Shown here piece after piece: positions 1 to 12,335 of a DNA stretch of 64,000 bases; the stretch's first letter is position 1; every line of letters begins with the position of its first letter. Source of the stretch: Lama glama (Eukaryota); contig CM052816.1 of NCBI GenBank assembly GCA_028534125.1, positions 57,538,001 through 57,602,000 on the forward strand, written 5' to 3'. Below the pieces are notes generated by a model. The model searched no databases. It was not told where the DNA came from and saw nothing but the letters and a program-made list of their open reading frames with translations. Made by a program: the position numbers and the translations under genes.

Positions 1-535
1 TAAGAGAACCCATTTCCTTACCAAACTCAGAAAAGGTTAGTGAGAAGATGAATATGAGTGTTATGAGCTCCTCAGAATAAAGCAGTTATTAAGTTCAGGG
101 CCATAACGCCCTAAACCATTAAAGAGCAAATGAACTTGAATCCTATTCTCAAGAAGAGGTTTTTGAACATAAAGAGAATATATTTTGATTTGTTTGTGTA
201 TGTTTACTGCAAAGAAAAGGCCAAGAAGTCATCAATAATACAGCTGGGGGAAAGTATTGGATTTAAGCTTTGCTTTAAATGAATCTGTTTGTGTTCTGTT
301 TTGGATCACTTCCTAACGTCAATACTCATCAACCTTAAAGGACCTCTTTGAGCTCTAAAAAGATATCTATCCATGGAGGTAACATTTAGAAAGACTACAG
401 TTGTGTTTTAAAATTTATGTCTAAAATCGACTTCTCTTTAAACATAATCATGCTTATCTTTCAGGAAACAAGTCACAGGAGATTATGTAATTTTGTTTAT
501 ATTTTCTGTGGGAAATTTTAAAGAATATGATTAAG

Positions 536-702
536 GTGATTTATGCCCAATGTGTGAATCTCAGATCAACAGCATAAGCATCACCTGGGAGCTTGTCAGA
601 AATGCAGACCCTCAGGCCCCACCCCAGACCTCCTGAGTCAGAATCTGCATTTTACCCAGATCCCTGGGTAATTTTAAATGCACTCACAGTTGAGAAGCCC
701 TG
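536..702. mobile_element. MER5A-type hAT-Charlie DNA transposon remnant
   Basis: Contains agcatcacctgggagcttgtcagaaatgcaga...ccccaccccagacctcctgagtcagaatctgcatttt...gttgagaagccctg, resembling the MER5A consensus. Confidence 0.8.
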
Positions 703-3700
703 CTCTCTGTAGTTGGACAATTGAATAAACTGAGACTTTTGCTAAGCATCTGGTAGGTGGGACACAATTTAGTCTGGTGGTCGCTTAGATAAGCACAAGT
801 CCAAGGTGGAAAAAAATGTTGCTCAAATGGCATGTTGATTTTTATGAAATGAAGGTCACCTGAGGATATTAAAATGAAGAAAGGCAGTCTGATCAGCGTG
901 TATCATGCTCCTTCCTGTCCTGTCATTTACATAATTAGAAACATATTGTATATGTTGTCTGCTTATGTAGCCAGATGCACATTGAACAGCGCATCACATC
1001 TGTTTAGTAATTCAGAAGTTGGATTTTCATGGGAGAAAGTTATCTAATTACAGTGTCACTAAACTCACGCTAATTTCACAACATTCATTTCTCAGTCCTT
1101 TATGGAGAGTGAGATTAGGAAACATCCAGAAAGAGCAAGTCAGGTCTGTTGTATGAAGTCTGTAGTCATTGGCTAATTCAAAATAAAACAATCACACAGT
1201 CCAATCCACACACAATCCTCCTGTTACCTTCTGCAGACTCTTATTGTTGAAGCTTATATCCAAGGACATTTATCCTCTCCTTCCTTGGCTTAGAGCACCA
1301 GCGGATTTAAAGCTCTCTTTCATATGGTTTGTCACAGAGTAATGGTAACTGATAAGTGATCTCTCTTCTCTTGGAGACAGAGTGAGCTAATGAGATTTGA
1401 TGACTGCCTCTGGTTAAAGCAGCAGGACTGATGAATGCACTAGTGACTCTACTGACCCCTGTAAACAGATTTTTATTGACAGTCTGTTGACATAACAAAC
1501 TAAGAGTTTGTGATTAAGATTTTCTAAGCCCTTGAATAAATAAGATTTTTTTTTCTAATAGTACTTAGTTTACTACTGTCTAAGTTGTCTTGATTATCTA
1601 CCACTTTCCTGGAAGCTCTTCCACTGTCCACTGTTTTTTAGTTATTTACAAAATGTGCTTTTGTCTAAAAGCACATATATATATATATACACATTTTTTT
1701 TACCACCCCTGCCCCACCCCCAGCAGAACTCAGCAACATATAAAACCTGGCTGCAGTAATTGATTTTTCAATTTCAATGTTGTTGGGAGATGGAAGTAAA
1801 GGGTTACCTCAGAACCCATCTGGAAGCATTCTGCTCTAAATCAAACTACTCTGGTGAGTAACAGTTGTTGCCTTGGTGAGCTTTATTGCCATTGCTGATG
1901 CAGCTTGCTCTAGCCAGCCTACCACAAGGGACATATAATCGGAGCCCCGTATTCAAGCCCCTCTCGGAAGAAATCCATAAAAGAGCAGAGATGTGAACCC
2001 AGCAATAAATCCTAGAGGCATTTGTGCTGGAGCCATGAAATGATACCAATAACTCCTTAGTAACATTAAAGGGACAATAAAGGGAATTCACCAGGTTTTT
2101 TTTTTTTAATGTATTAGAGCTATTTTTGACTGAAACTCATCAAAAACAGAACAGAGCATATGACAGCAGCTGTTTGCCGGTTGCTTTTCATTTACTTGAG
2201 ATTTTATCTTGAACTTTATTTTTATTCTGCCACTTATAGCTCATTATTTAAAACACCGTTGAAGACTGGTTCAGCCGTTCTCAAAGGTGCTAAGTGGGTT
2301 TATCAGCCTACCACAAGCTCTACACTTGCACTCACTCTCACAAAGCCTCATTTTCCTTACTAAGTCACTAGCACTGTGCTAAGTGTCACAAAGAATGTGA
2401 GGAAGGAGGATCATTGCTTCTATTCTTAAGGAGCTTAGAGTGCATTTAGAAATGCCCAAGAAAAAACAAGGGGGTTAGGTAGAGAATAGAAGTAAATGCT
2501 AATAGTTTAAGGAGGGGAGAACTCAGGGAGTTGGGAACCAAGGATATCTTTGAAGAAAAGGACCTAAGCTGGGCTGTGGACAGGAGGCGGAGAGTGAGAC
2601 CAAGTGGGAGGTGGTGTAGGTCATAATGGTGTCCAGGCAGACTGGGCTGTCTGAAGCAGAAGATTTATGCTGGAGATTGGTAGGAAAACTTGGATGGTTT
2701 GGGAGTAGCGTACAGGGTGGAGAAGAGGGTATAAGAGGACTTCAATTTGAGAAGACCAAACTGGAGTCAGAGAGGCAAAATTTGGGGCTTTTAATGTGTG
2801 AGAGGATAAGAATACAGGCAGGCAGTGGGGTAGGGAAAGGGGTAGCTGAGGAGACAGTGTAATGGGTTTGGGACCTCTCTCTTTCATCCCACAAATTCTT
2901 TAGTTAGCTCCCTTCCTATGCAGTGTTTTCCAGAATGTGTTCTGTGAATCACCTACACTGGATTTGTTTAAGAGGCAGACAGACTTCTAGGTTCTACCCT
3001 GGAATCACTGGAAACGTAGATTTGTAGTAAGTTCTCACATATTTTACATATGAGGAAACTAAGATTCAGGAAGGCTAAAACTTGCTCTATTATCACAAAG
3101 CTCAGTACAAACCTCAGCTGGAGTCTGTACCCAGGCTCATTCTGTTTTCACCCAACCAGGTGCTGATATTTTTATTTTCTCTACTGTATGGAGAAGCTAG
3201 GCTGGCAGTGTTTGTGTTGTTGTGGCTTTGTTGTTTTTATCTTTTAAAAACTCTTTTTTATTTGTTGGTGGGACAAACATTCTAATAATAAAATAAAAAA
3301 GAAAACCATCTACAATATTTCATCTCATCAAGGCAATTGTTACCATTTGTAATGTTTCTAACTGGCTTGTAGATCTTTCCTTTATATTGTAAGAAATATT
3401 CCTTTGTGTAACTCTCAGCATTTTCCTAGTTACATAAAGAGAGATAAGACAAAGGTGGCAATATGTCCACAGTTGATATATGTAGGTGAAATGTTCTTGG
3501 TTTCCACTTTTTAAAGACCTTTCTGGTTTTTTTCTGTAGCTTTGAAATTTTTCAAAATGAGAAGTTGCTGGGAAAGGGGGAAGCTGCTTTCCCTCCTCTT
3601 CCTCTTTCCACCTTCATACTGAGTAGGAGGTGGCAATTAGCCCAGTGACAGCCTTGCATGTAGAGGTAACACCACATGTTGAGGAAAGCCCTGGATCCTG

Positions 3701-3804
3701 GACCTCTGTGCCATAATGCACAACACAGAAACATCTATCTTATTTAAACCAAACAAAACAAATCCCCCAACCAAAAATAAACCAACCCCCCCCCCAAAAC
3801 TAAT

Positions 3805-4038
3805 GTGTGGTGATGAATGTATTTTCTGGAGCCAGATTGTCTGGGTTCAAGTCCAGCTCCACTGTTTGCTAATTCGGCAAGCTATTTAAAGCTCTCTCTG
3901 TCTCAGTTTACACATTTATAATGGCCACAAAATCATCTTTCTCATAGACTTGTTGTGGACCTGTGTTGTTCATAGCATGTGAAGGGTTTAAAACAGTGCC
4001 TGGCATATAGTAAGCACTCAATAAATGCAATTATTATT
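3805..4038 (+). mobile_element. MIR SINE
   Basis: ctggagccagattgtctgggttcaagtcc...tctcagttt...cagtgcctggcatatagtaagcactcaataaatg, with MIR head, core and tail. Confidence 0.85.
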
Positions 4039-4701
4039 AGGTGTATTTAAAACATGTATTTAAATATAATTATTAAATGCCAGACCTGGCTCTGAGGGAC
4101 ACTAGGCAAGTTTGTGTGGGATTCAAAGGAAGAAAGTCAGTTTCATATTGGTTTGGGGTTTGAGGTAGCTCTACAATAAAAGGAATGCTAGCAGCAACCT
4201 AGTATGCCTGTATTTTATGTAAAAAACAATCTATAAAAGGAACACTGGAAAATAGAGTCTGTTCATTTGCTTTCAGACTCCTTGTGCTAGCAGAAGCCAG
4301 AAGAACCTCTAGGGCTATCAGTCTGTGAGTGCCTGGGTTATACTGCTGTCACACTGGGGCCAGAGAGGGGCGTTGAGAGAGTGCTGGCCTGGCAGGTGGG
4401 AACCAAAGCTCCTGGCTATGTGACTTCTCTGGTTTCGGTTTCATTATCTGCATGAATGGATTTGATAATAATGTTCTGTTTTAGCTCTAAAATTCTTAAG
4501 TAAGCATTGCCTTGAAGAGTCCTTCGAATTTAAATGGAAATAATTCATGATTACTTCAGTTTTCTAATACAGCAAGCAGATATTTATTGATATGCCAGCC
4601 CTCTGATGCCTGTTGACTTAGCCGCTGCCCTCACCTTCAGGGTCTGATGCACCTGGATCTATCTGGATGAAAACATCTGCCTTCCTGCATGGATTCTGGT
4701 G

Positions 4702-5010
4702 CATTCATTCATGCATACATTCATTCATTCAATACATAGTTATGTGTCAGACTCTGTGCTAGGCACTGGTTACACGGTGATGAACAAAGCAGCCATAGTC
4801 TCTGCCTCCTGGCACTTCAAGTCTCATGGCAAGTGAAACAGTCAGTAAACAAGTAAAGACATGAAAGAATATGTAATCATAAAATTATGCCAAGCACTGT
4901 GAAGAAAGCCAGTGAACTTCATTTGATAGGCTAGCTAGAGATTTCTGAGGAGATTGCATTTAGCCACTCATGTACAGGTGAGAAAGAACCAGCCATTTAA
5001 AGAGTTGATG
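4702..5010 (-). mobile_element. L2 LINE 3' end
   Basis: (cattcatt)n tail followed by tgtgtcagactctgtgctaggcactgg...tgaacaaagc...gtctctgcc, the L2 3' end in reverse. Confidence 0.75.
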
Positions 5011-5599
5011 GTGGGGCTGGGAGAAAGATCCAAGTGGAGGGCTTTCATGCAAAGCTAAAATTACCAAGAGGTCTTGTTAGAGTTGGTGTTTCATGTTCTT
5101 ATCTTGAATATGGCAACTTAAACCTTTCTCTAATGTCTTTTTTGAAAAATAAACCAAAAAATAAAAAAAACCCACACTTAAAAATTATAGAAATAAACAT
5201 ATTCATTATAAATGAGTTATAAAATGTAACTGTCATAAGGGAAAAAAACCTCCTCTTATTACATCCGGACATAATCACTGTGGTATTACTAGACCTCATA
5301 CCTATATCCATCACTGTTATTCTCCATCCAAGTCTGTATCTATGTCCATAAATATTTCTGTATCTATCTACAAGGAAGCATATGGCTTGTATTGTTTTAC
5401 AAATTGCTTTTTTATTTGCGAAGCAAGTCCTAGTCATTGTATCATTTCATCTGTATTTCAGAATACATACATCTTTTTCTTGGGGTGTTCATAGTGCACT
5501 GAGATGACGAGGGAAGTGATAGTAATGTTGGTATCCCTCATTGCACTTGGGCCACAGAGAATAACTGGGCAAGCAGTTCTTATTCTAATAGCTTTCCAA

Positions 5600-5790
5600 T
5601 AATAGCAACAGCAATCACTAACATTTATATAATGATTAGAACTTTTTTACACCTGTTTTCTCATTTCATTCTATTAAAAAACATTTTATTAATTTATAGA
5701 TGAGGAAAGAAAACTCAGAGAAATGATAAGACTTTCTCAAGTTGACATAATATGCTGTCAGTCAAGGTCTGAATCCTGTGCTCCATCAGC
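5600..5790 (-). mobile_element. MIR SINE (degraded)
   Basis: aacatttat...tttatagatgaggaaagaaaactcagagaaatgataagactt, a reverse MIR core. Confidence 0.55.
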
Positions 5791-6934
5791 ATCCAACAAG
5801 ATACTCTGGGATTTTAATTGGATATTCATTAATAATTTGAATTGGAAGTGTTCTCTTATCAAGACAGAGCAGGCAAAACTGAAATAAATATTTGATGATA
5901 CATTTAATTAGATTCTATTTTTAAGAACTTAATGCCACACATAAAATATAAAATGATTATTCTTTTCCAAAAATATAAATATGCCCTTACATTTTAGAAA
6001 AGACTGCATACCAACTGACCTATTTGGTTTCATTTCTGCCTGTGAGTTTTTGGAGTTTTTTGTAAGGTAACTAACATGGTCTTCCCTTGCATATAAATTT
6101 GATCACAAATTTTAAGCCTCAAGCCATATTGTTAAATAAGAACAAAGAGCTAGATATGTGATCTGTGGAAAGATAAACAACAATAGATGTGCCTCCTCTC
6201 CAGCCAGGGAAATCAAGTCTTTATCCTTGTTACTGCTGTCTGTCAGAGGAAACTGATTACTGGGATGTGTTTTGAAGAGCTCATCTAAAATGGCTCGAGG
6301 CAAGCCGACACTTGAGGTTTATAATCAACCTTCGGGCTTCTATGGATCATTCTTATGCACAGAAGGCCCCTTTGACAGGCTGATGATCACACACGGGTTT
6401 TGCTGAGGGATTAAATTGGTCATTTTTGTATGCTATTAAAAGGTTTTCTATCTGGGCTGCCAGGTTTCCGCAGAGAGAGAGAAACAAGCATTTTAACTTG
6501 AAAAATTCCATACTATTAGAAATAATAACTAACATTTATTTCCATAGTGCCTTGGAGTTCTTTTGGAGTTCTGGAGGTGTTACTATTTTTCAAGTAAATG
6601 AGGTTGCTATTGGCCTTAATTAAAATAAAAATTAATTTAAGAGCAATGCTGAATGCTTAGTAGCATTTTGTCATGATATATGTTCGTAACCACTGGTTAT
6701 GAAGACTACTGCCACTATCACGTGAGTAATGCACTGTTTAATGTGAACATCTCCTCTTACACAGTAAGGCTGGGAATGGCTGCTTGCCTCCAGAGGAGCA
6801 GGGCATCAGGAGGCATTTTATAACATTCTTTTTCACACTGCTTGAAGTCACAATATCTCCCTTTATTGATATGATGCAGATTTTCCTCCTATGAGGTTTG
6901 AGCCACAAATATCCTCAGAGATCAGCTAGTCAGA

Positions 6935-7060
6935 GTCCTCATTTTAAAGATGAAGAACCTGAAGCTAGGAGAGGTGCAGTGATTCACCCCAGGTCACACA
7001 GTCAGGTTGAACCCACATCTGAAATCCTTTGACTCTTTGAATACAGAGTACCCACTCTGC
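6935..7060 (-). mobile_element. MIR/MIR3 core fragment
   Basis: ctcattttaaagatgaagaacctgaagctaggagaggtgcagtgattcaccccaggtcacacag. Confidence 0.6.
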
Positions 7061-7194
7061 TGAGTACTCATGCTGCCACCATTTATAGTAGCTTTTAATT
7101 ATGGCCTCATTATCTGAATTGTCATAGCAGTCCTGTGAGGTAGATAGGAGAAGCTGGGGCACTAGGCAATTAGCAACTTGCTGAAAGTCATACA

Positions 7195-7567
7195 CAAATT
7201 GTTACAGATTGAGTGGCTTCAACAACAGAAACATTTTCTCACAGTTCTAGAGGCTTAAAGTCTAAGATCAGGGTTGCAGCAGGGGTTGGTTTCTGATGAG
7301 GTCTCTTTTCCTAGCTTGCAGGCAGCCACTATCTTGCTGTGTCTTCACATGGTCCTTTCTCTATGCACATGAAGAGTGAGTTCTGTCTCTCTCTTCTTAT
7401 AAGGACACTAATCCTAGTGGATTAGGGCCCCACCATTATGTTCTCATTTAACCTTAATGAGACTTGAACCTGCTTAAAGGTTCTGTCTCCAAATATAGTC
7501 ACATTGGTGGTTAGTGCTTCAACTTATGGGTTTTTTTTTGGATGGTGAAGACACTATTCCATAGTAC
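7195..7567 (-). mobile_element. MaLR solo LTR (MLT1A/B-like)
   Basis: gtggcttcaacaacagaaacattttctcacagttctagaggc...aagtctaagatcagg...cttataaggacactaatcc...ggattagggccccacc...tctccaaatatagtcacatt. Confidence 0.85.
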
Positions 7568-7962
7568 TGTGTATTCCAAAATATTTTCCAGAGACATGTA
7601 AAGTTTATGTACCTACTCAGTTTGAACCAGTGTATTGGTTGTGGCTATCTTGAGAAAGATTCTGAAGTTCTATTCTAATTTCAGTTAGAAAGAGAGTTAT
7701 GATTTATAAGCAATATCTTCAGTGAATGTTTAGAATGGGCTTGGCACAGTAGTAGGTAAATTGCCCTATTGAAAAGTTATCCAAGTTTATATGGCAGGAC
7801 AGATGTTTTTCCCACACCCAACATGGAATGTTACCATTCTTTAAAAAATCTTTTCTAGTTTTATGAGTTAAAATAAATTATATCTTATTTTAATTCCCAT
7901 TTATTTGATTTGAAAGTAATTTTTCATATCATTATTGAATTTCCTTATGAGTTGCCCAATTT

Positions 7963-8052
7963 CCTTTCCTTTTCCTTCCCCCTTCCCTTGCTGCTTCTTC
8001 TCTCCCTTCCTTCTTCTTTCTTTCCTTCCTTCCTTCTTTCTCTTTCTTTCCT
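7963..8052. repeat. Polypyrimidine (TTCC/TTTC) low-complexity tract
   Basis: Almost pure C/T run, seen directly. Confidence 0.85.
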
Positions 8053-11000
8053 AAATTTTAAATTTAATTTTGAAACAAAGTAATTTTGATGTATACCATT
8101 TAAAAGTCAGATAATAAAATGACTAATAACAAAGAGTAGCCACCCTTCTCCAACCTTTTGACTCCTGCGTCCTCTCCCAATAAAACCATTTCAATTTCTT
8201 TTAGCTGTTATTTCTTTTTTGGGGAATGAGTGATTTGTCTCAGTGTTTTAAAATAATATGCTTATACTGCTATTTCTTGATATCCATGGACTTTCTACTA
8301 TGGAAGATAAGAATTTCCTGTCTTATGTATTCTTACCTCCTATCTTCTTATACCTTCTCCCATACTTTTCCTTCTCTCCTTCTCCCAATTTAGATGTATA
8401 ATAATTTTGGGTTAAGTTAGTATTCAGGATACATATTGTTATGACTACATAAATACTGTAACAGCTAAATCTTAGTTGTATTATGATTTCATTTCCTTTC
8501 ATGTTCAACTTTTTTTTTAACCTGGATTTGATTGCCTTAGTTTTTTGTGTTTTATTACTAATGTAACTCTAGACTCTTTGTACAGAACTTTTCAGTATAA
8601 CCAAAGACTTCAGCTAATCTATTAATTCCATTTTTTTTCTTGAAGGCCCTTTGGAAGTCCCTGATCTCTGCTCTGATCTGTTTTTGGTTGCTCTCTAAGC
8701 CTGCTGCCTACCCATACTCCTGAGATTTTTTTTCACCACCATCCTGAGAATTCCTTTCATCTGACTCCTGTATCAGATTCCCAGCTGCCTGGATTCTACA
8801 ACTTCTTTCTTTTACTCCCTTATTTTGATAGAGTACATCCTCTACTTGCTTTTTCAAGAAAAGATGCAGAGGAGGTAAATTTTTAAAAACTTTTTTTTTT
8901 TCCGTTTGGCCATTTAATGGATGGTTTGTATGGGTACAGAATTCCACAGTGCTCCATTAGTCAGAATAGGCTAACTGCTGTACCAAAGAACCATCAAATC
9001 TCAGTGTCTATAACACAAAGAGTGTGTATCTCTCTGTGTGATGAAATTTCTCTGCATGATAAGGAGGGTCATAGTTGTGGTCCTTGCCTTCTGTGCAAGG
9101 AACTGATCTTAGTTTCTTTGCTGTATCTGAACTTGGATTATTGGAATACATGATTCTGGTCAGTACCAAATTAGATTAATTGGTGAATAACTGGCAGCTT
9201 CATGATATTGAGTCTCCATAAACATGGATTTCTGTTTTATTTTAGTATTATTAATGACTTTCAAAGTAAAATTTTATAATTTCCTTCATTAAGGCTATTT
9301 TCTACTTTTGTTGGATTTATTCCTAGTTGTCTTATTTGTGTGTGTGGCTACTGTAAATATTATACCTCTGCTTTCTTTTGATAATTTGCCCAGTATTTCA
9401 TCTTTACTTATTTTAAACAATTTTAAATATATGGAAAATAGAAATAGTACAATGAACAATGATAACTTTAAAATTTACATTTTCTAAATGTCTATTATAT
9501 AGAAATGCAATTAATTTTGTTTGTTGACTTGTATATAACTTCCTTGCAAAACTCTTCTAATAATTCTAAAAATTAGTGTAATTTCTCCTATGTGGAGATC
9601 AAAACATTGGCAAAAAATGACAGTTTTGTTTCTTCCTCTTCAATTCTTATACTTTATATTTCTTTTCCTTATCTTGCATAGGTCAGGACAATATTGAATA
9701 GAAATGGTGAAACAGCAGACATCTCTTTCTTGTTTCTAATTACAGAGAGAGTACTTCTGTTTTTTCTTCTTTCTGATTGTTAGGAAGATTCCTCTGTAAA
9801 GGAATTGCTCACTGTAGAGTAAATGTTTGTTGCCGGATTTTCAGTTGTCATTTATTAAGCAATTTGCTTTCTATGCCATGTCTGCTTCAAAGTTTTTAGT
9901 GAGAGTAAATGTAGTATTTTTATCAAATACTTTCCTGCATCTGTTGTGATGTTTATATTGTTTTTCTACTTTAATCTGTTAATGTGATGAATTACATCAA
10001 TAGCTTTTCTGGTGTTAAATACTCTTGCATTCCTAAGATAAACCAATTTGGTAAATATATATTATCTTTATTTTTTACTCTGGATTTGATTTGTTAATAT
10101 TTTGTTCAGAATTTTTGCATCTATTACTTCCCCCCTCAAAAAAACAAAAATGGAATTTTTGCATCTATATTTATAAATGCTAATGATCTATAATTTTCCT
10201 TCCTTATACCAGCCTTATCTAGATGACTATTTCCAGTTTCCCCCTATTCTCTGGAAATTTTTACATAAAATTGGAGAGATATAATCCTTGAATATTTGTG
10301 TAAAATTCTCATCTGGGTCTAATATTTTCTGAGAGGGAAGATTTTAATTACTGAGTTGAATTCTTTAGAATTAGAAGACTATTACAGTTTTCTATTTTGG
10401 TAAGGGTTTTTTTGAGAATTTTTCACTTTGTCCATGTTTCCAAATTTATTGTAATAAAGGTGTTATTATTCTTACTGTCTTTTAAATCTTTTTTTATAAA
10501 TCTGAAGTTATATTTCTCTTCATTCCTAATATTGTCCTTATTTTATTTTTTATAATTTCTTGCTTGAAGTTTTAAAATTTTAATAAAATAACTTGCATTT
10601 TAGTGAATATATTCTTCCTCTTCCAGAACAATAAAAAAAAACCTTAAAAATTTGAAAGCCACAATCATCCTTCCTTTCTGAATTCAAGCATTCTTTTTTA
10701 CCGGTATTTTAGCTCCACCATTTTTCATCCACAAGTTACATATTATTATTTGATATTGCTTTAATTAGTCAATTTTTTTTAGAGTTGCCTATACCATTAT
10801 CATATTTTTAATTTTTGTCAAAATTTCTTTTTGTATCTCATACTTCCTTTTGGAAGATTTTCCTTCTTCGTGGGTACATCTTTTAGAAATTCTTTATTGA
10901 GAATCTCAGATTTTGTTCTTCTGAAAATTTTATTTCATCATTATTATTGAATGGCAGAGTTTTTTTTTTTTTTTTTTTGAGCATGAAATTCTAGGTTCAC

Positions 11001-11529
11001 TTTGACTTATTTTTTCTCAGCACATTGAAGAAACTGTTCCACAATGGCTTCCACTGCTGTTGAAGAATCAGCTATTAATCTCCTTGCCTCTCCTTTGTAG
11101 ATAATTTGTCTTGTCCCTAAGATAGTCTTAAGATAGTCTCTCTATCCTAGGTTTTCTTCTACTTTACTGTGATATGTTTTAGGTGTGCCTTTACAATTAT
11201 TTATTTTGTTTGGGATTCATTGTGATCTTTGATTTGAAAATGCATGGAATATTCTTCCCACAATCTCTTCAAATATTGCCTTTCCTTTATTTCTTCCATA
11301 ATCGCCTCTGTTCCTTCTGAAACTCTAAGTAGACATGTGTTGATTTTTTCATTATATACTCTGTACCTCTGAACTCCATTTTTATATATGAAGTGTGTGT
11401 GTTTTGTTCTTTGTATGCTGTATTGTATATAATTTCTTTCTGGTTTTAATATTAAGTTTCTTCATCTGTGTTTAACCTGTTGTTTAGTACACCCACTGAT
11501 TTTTTTTCATAGTTTATCTTTTTAAAAAA

Positions 11530-11855
11530 ATCAACAGACTTTATTTTTTAGAGAAGTTTTAGGTTCACAGCAAAACTAAATGAAAAGTATACATATACCC
11601 TCTCACCACACCCCGCCACAGCCATTCTGACCTTCAGTGTCCTACACCAGTGTGGTACATTTGTTAAACAATCAATGAATCAACACTGACACATTATTAT
11701 CAACCAAAGTCTATAGTTTACATTAGGATTCACTTTTTGTGTTGTATATTATGTGGGTTTTGACAATTGTGTAATCCACCTTTATAGTTTCATCCAGAAT
11801 CGTCTCATTGCTCTAAAAATTCCCCATGCTCCAACTATCATCTCTCCCTCTTCCT
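11530..11855 (-). mobile_element. L1MC1/2-like 3' UTR end
   Basis: agactttattttttagagaagttttaggttcacagcaaaa...ggtacatttgtt...caacactgacacattattatcaaccaaagtctatagtttacattagg. Confidence 0.8.
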
Positions 11856-11875
11856 AAATCTGTTCTATTGAGTTT

Positions 11876-11997
11876 CTTGTTTGTTTTTTGTTTTTCTTTT
11901 TTGTTATTGGTGGTGGTGGTGGAGGTACTGGGGATTGAACCCAGGACCTCATGCATGCTAAGCATGTGGTCTACCACTGAGCTATACTCAACCTCCT
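11876..11997 (-). mobile_element. tRNA-Ala(AGC)-derived SINE (camelid vic-1-like) or tRNA retrocopy
   Basis: Reverse complement reads gagtatagctcagtggtagaccacatgcttagcatgcatgaggtcctgggttcaatccccagtacctcca (A box, AGC anticodon, B box), then an A-rich tail. Perfect 15-bp TSD tgttctattgagttt at 11861-11875 and 11998-12012. Confidence 0.9.
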
Positions 11998-12056
11998 TGT
12001 TCTATTGAGTTTTACATTTCATTTGTTCTATTTTTTATTTCTAAAAGTTTTATTTG

Positions 12057-12335
12057 GACAGAAACAGACAGACAGACATAGAAAGCAAACTTATGGTTAT
12101 CAAGGGGGAAAGGAGCTGAGGAGGGATAAATTGGGTGTTTGGGATTTGCAGATATTAACTACTATATATAAAATAGACAAACAACAGGGTCCGCCTGTGT
12201 AGCACAGGGACCTGTATTCTATATCTTGTAATAGTCTATAGTGAAAAAGAATATTTAAAAGGAATATGTATGTATAATCACTGTGCTGTACATCAGAAAT
12301 CAACACAACATTGTAAACTAACTATACTTCAGTTA
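12057..12335 (+). mobile_element. 5'-truncated camelid-type L1 3' UTR
   Basis: Homologous to 19940-20215 in this window. Perfect 14-bp TSD aaaagttttatttg at 12043-12056 and 12336-12349. Confidence 0.9.

Noticed and set aside
11920..11997. Functional tRNA-Ala gene
   Set aside because: Disrupted acceptor and D stems, and an A-rich tail with TSD, indicate a retroposed copy.
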